Positions 36,189-36,233 of a stretch of 36,233 bases of DNA are shown here, one piece after another. Positions within the stretch are counted from its first letter, which is position 1, and each line of letters opens with the position of its first letter. Source of the stretch: Candidatus Dadabacteria bacterium UBA1144 (GTDB lineage: Bacteria > Desulfobacterota_D > UBA1144); assembly GCA_905181755.1 (NCBI GenBank), contig CAJIYY010000022.1, forward strand, positions 1 to 36,233. Direction: 5' to 3'. The position numbers and the translations under genes are program-made. The notes under the pieces were generated by a model that was not told where the DNA came from, searched no databases, and saw nothing but the letters and a program-made list of their open reading frames with translations.

Positions 36189-36233
36189 TTCGAGGCTCCA
36201 TAATAAAAATATCTAGGTTAAAAGCGTAAGTTT

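Noticed and set aside
1-36233. CRISPR arrays, tandem or interspersed repeats, IS elements, toxin-antitoxin pairs, restriction-modification or other defence modules, rRNA genes.
   Set aside because: Reading through the window on both strands, I saw no regularly spaced direct repeats, no terminal inverted repeats flanking a transposase, and no ORFs with nuclease, methyltransferase, ATPase-defence or small toxin/antitoxin signatures. Nearly all coding capacity is accounted for by recognisable housekeeping families.

Overview
AT-rich (about 30% G+C by eye, not computed), very gene-dense bacterial chromosomal segment. It holds about 45 genes, with gaps mostly under 100 nt and many start/stop overlaps. 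The content is almost entirely housekeeping. In order: an argB 5' fragment, a Xer-like tyrosine recombinase, CarD/CdnL, an AlkP-superfamily enzyme, bioB-bioA-bioF, a futalosine-pathway radical SAM enzyme, HPr plus Enzyme I, and tRNA-Arg(UCG). Next comes a surface-glycan cluster: class II aldolase-like protein, UDP-glucuronate-4-epimerase-like SDR, GtrA, a GT-C-like polytopic protein and a Wzx-like flippase. After that: an aldo/keto reductase, trxB, ygfZ, a single-PUR-repeat protein, thiolase, ddl, an EamA transporter, lysA-exbB-exbD, a 2Fe-2S ferredoxin, a small orphan protein, glutaredoxin, a lipoprotein Cu/Zn SOD, trhO, and a sulfate-assimilation operon cysI-cysD-cysN-(PiT-type permease)-cysH. 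I recognise no prophage, defence island, CRISPR array, toxin-antitoxin pair or IS element, and no convincing novel multi-gene system. The best candidate for something undescribed is regulatory. The only long non-coding gap (384 nt, upstream of cysI) has a good sigma70-like promoter and an SD-preceded 28-codon upstream ORF that ends in Ser-Cys-Cys-Cys-Asn-Lys. Alternative helices and a T-run follow it, which suggests cysteine-sensing leader-peptide attenuation of the cys operon. Secondary observations: the PiT-family permease in the cys operon has Asp-to-Asn changes in both signature motifs; the bio cluster lacks bioD; the glycan cluster lacks a polyprenyl-phosphate glycosyltransferase; and a small basic protein forms a self-contained promoter-to-terminator unit. 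All functional calls rest on motif recognition by eye, not on database searches.
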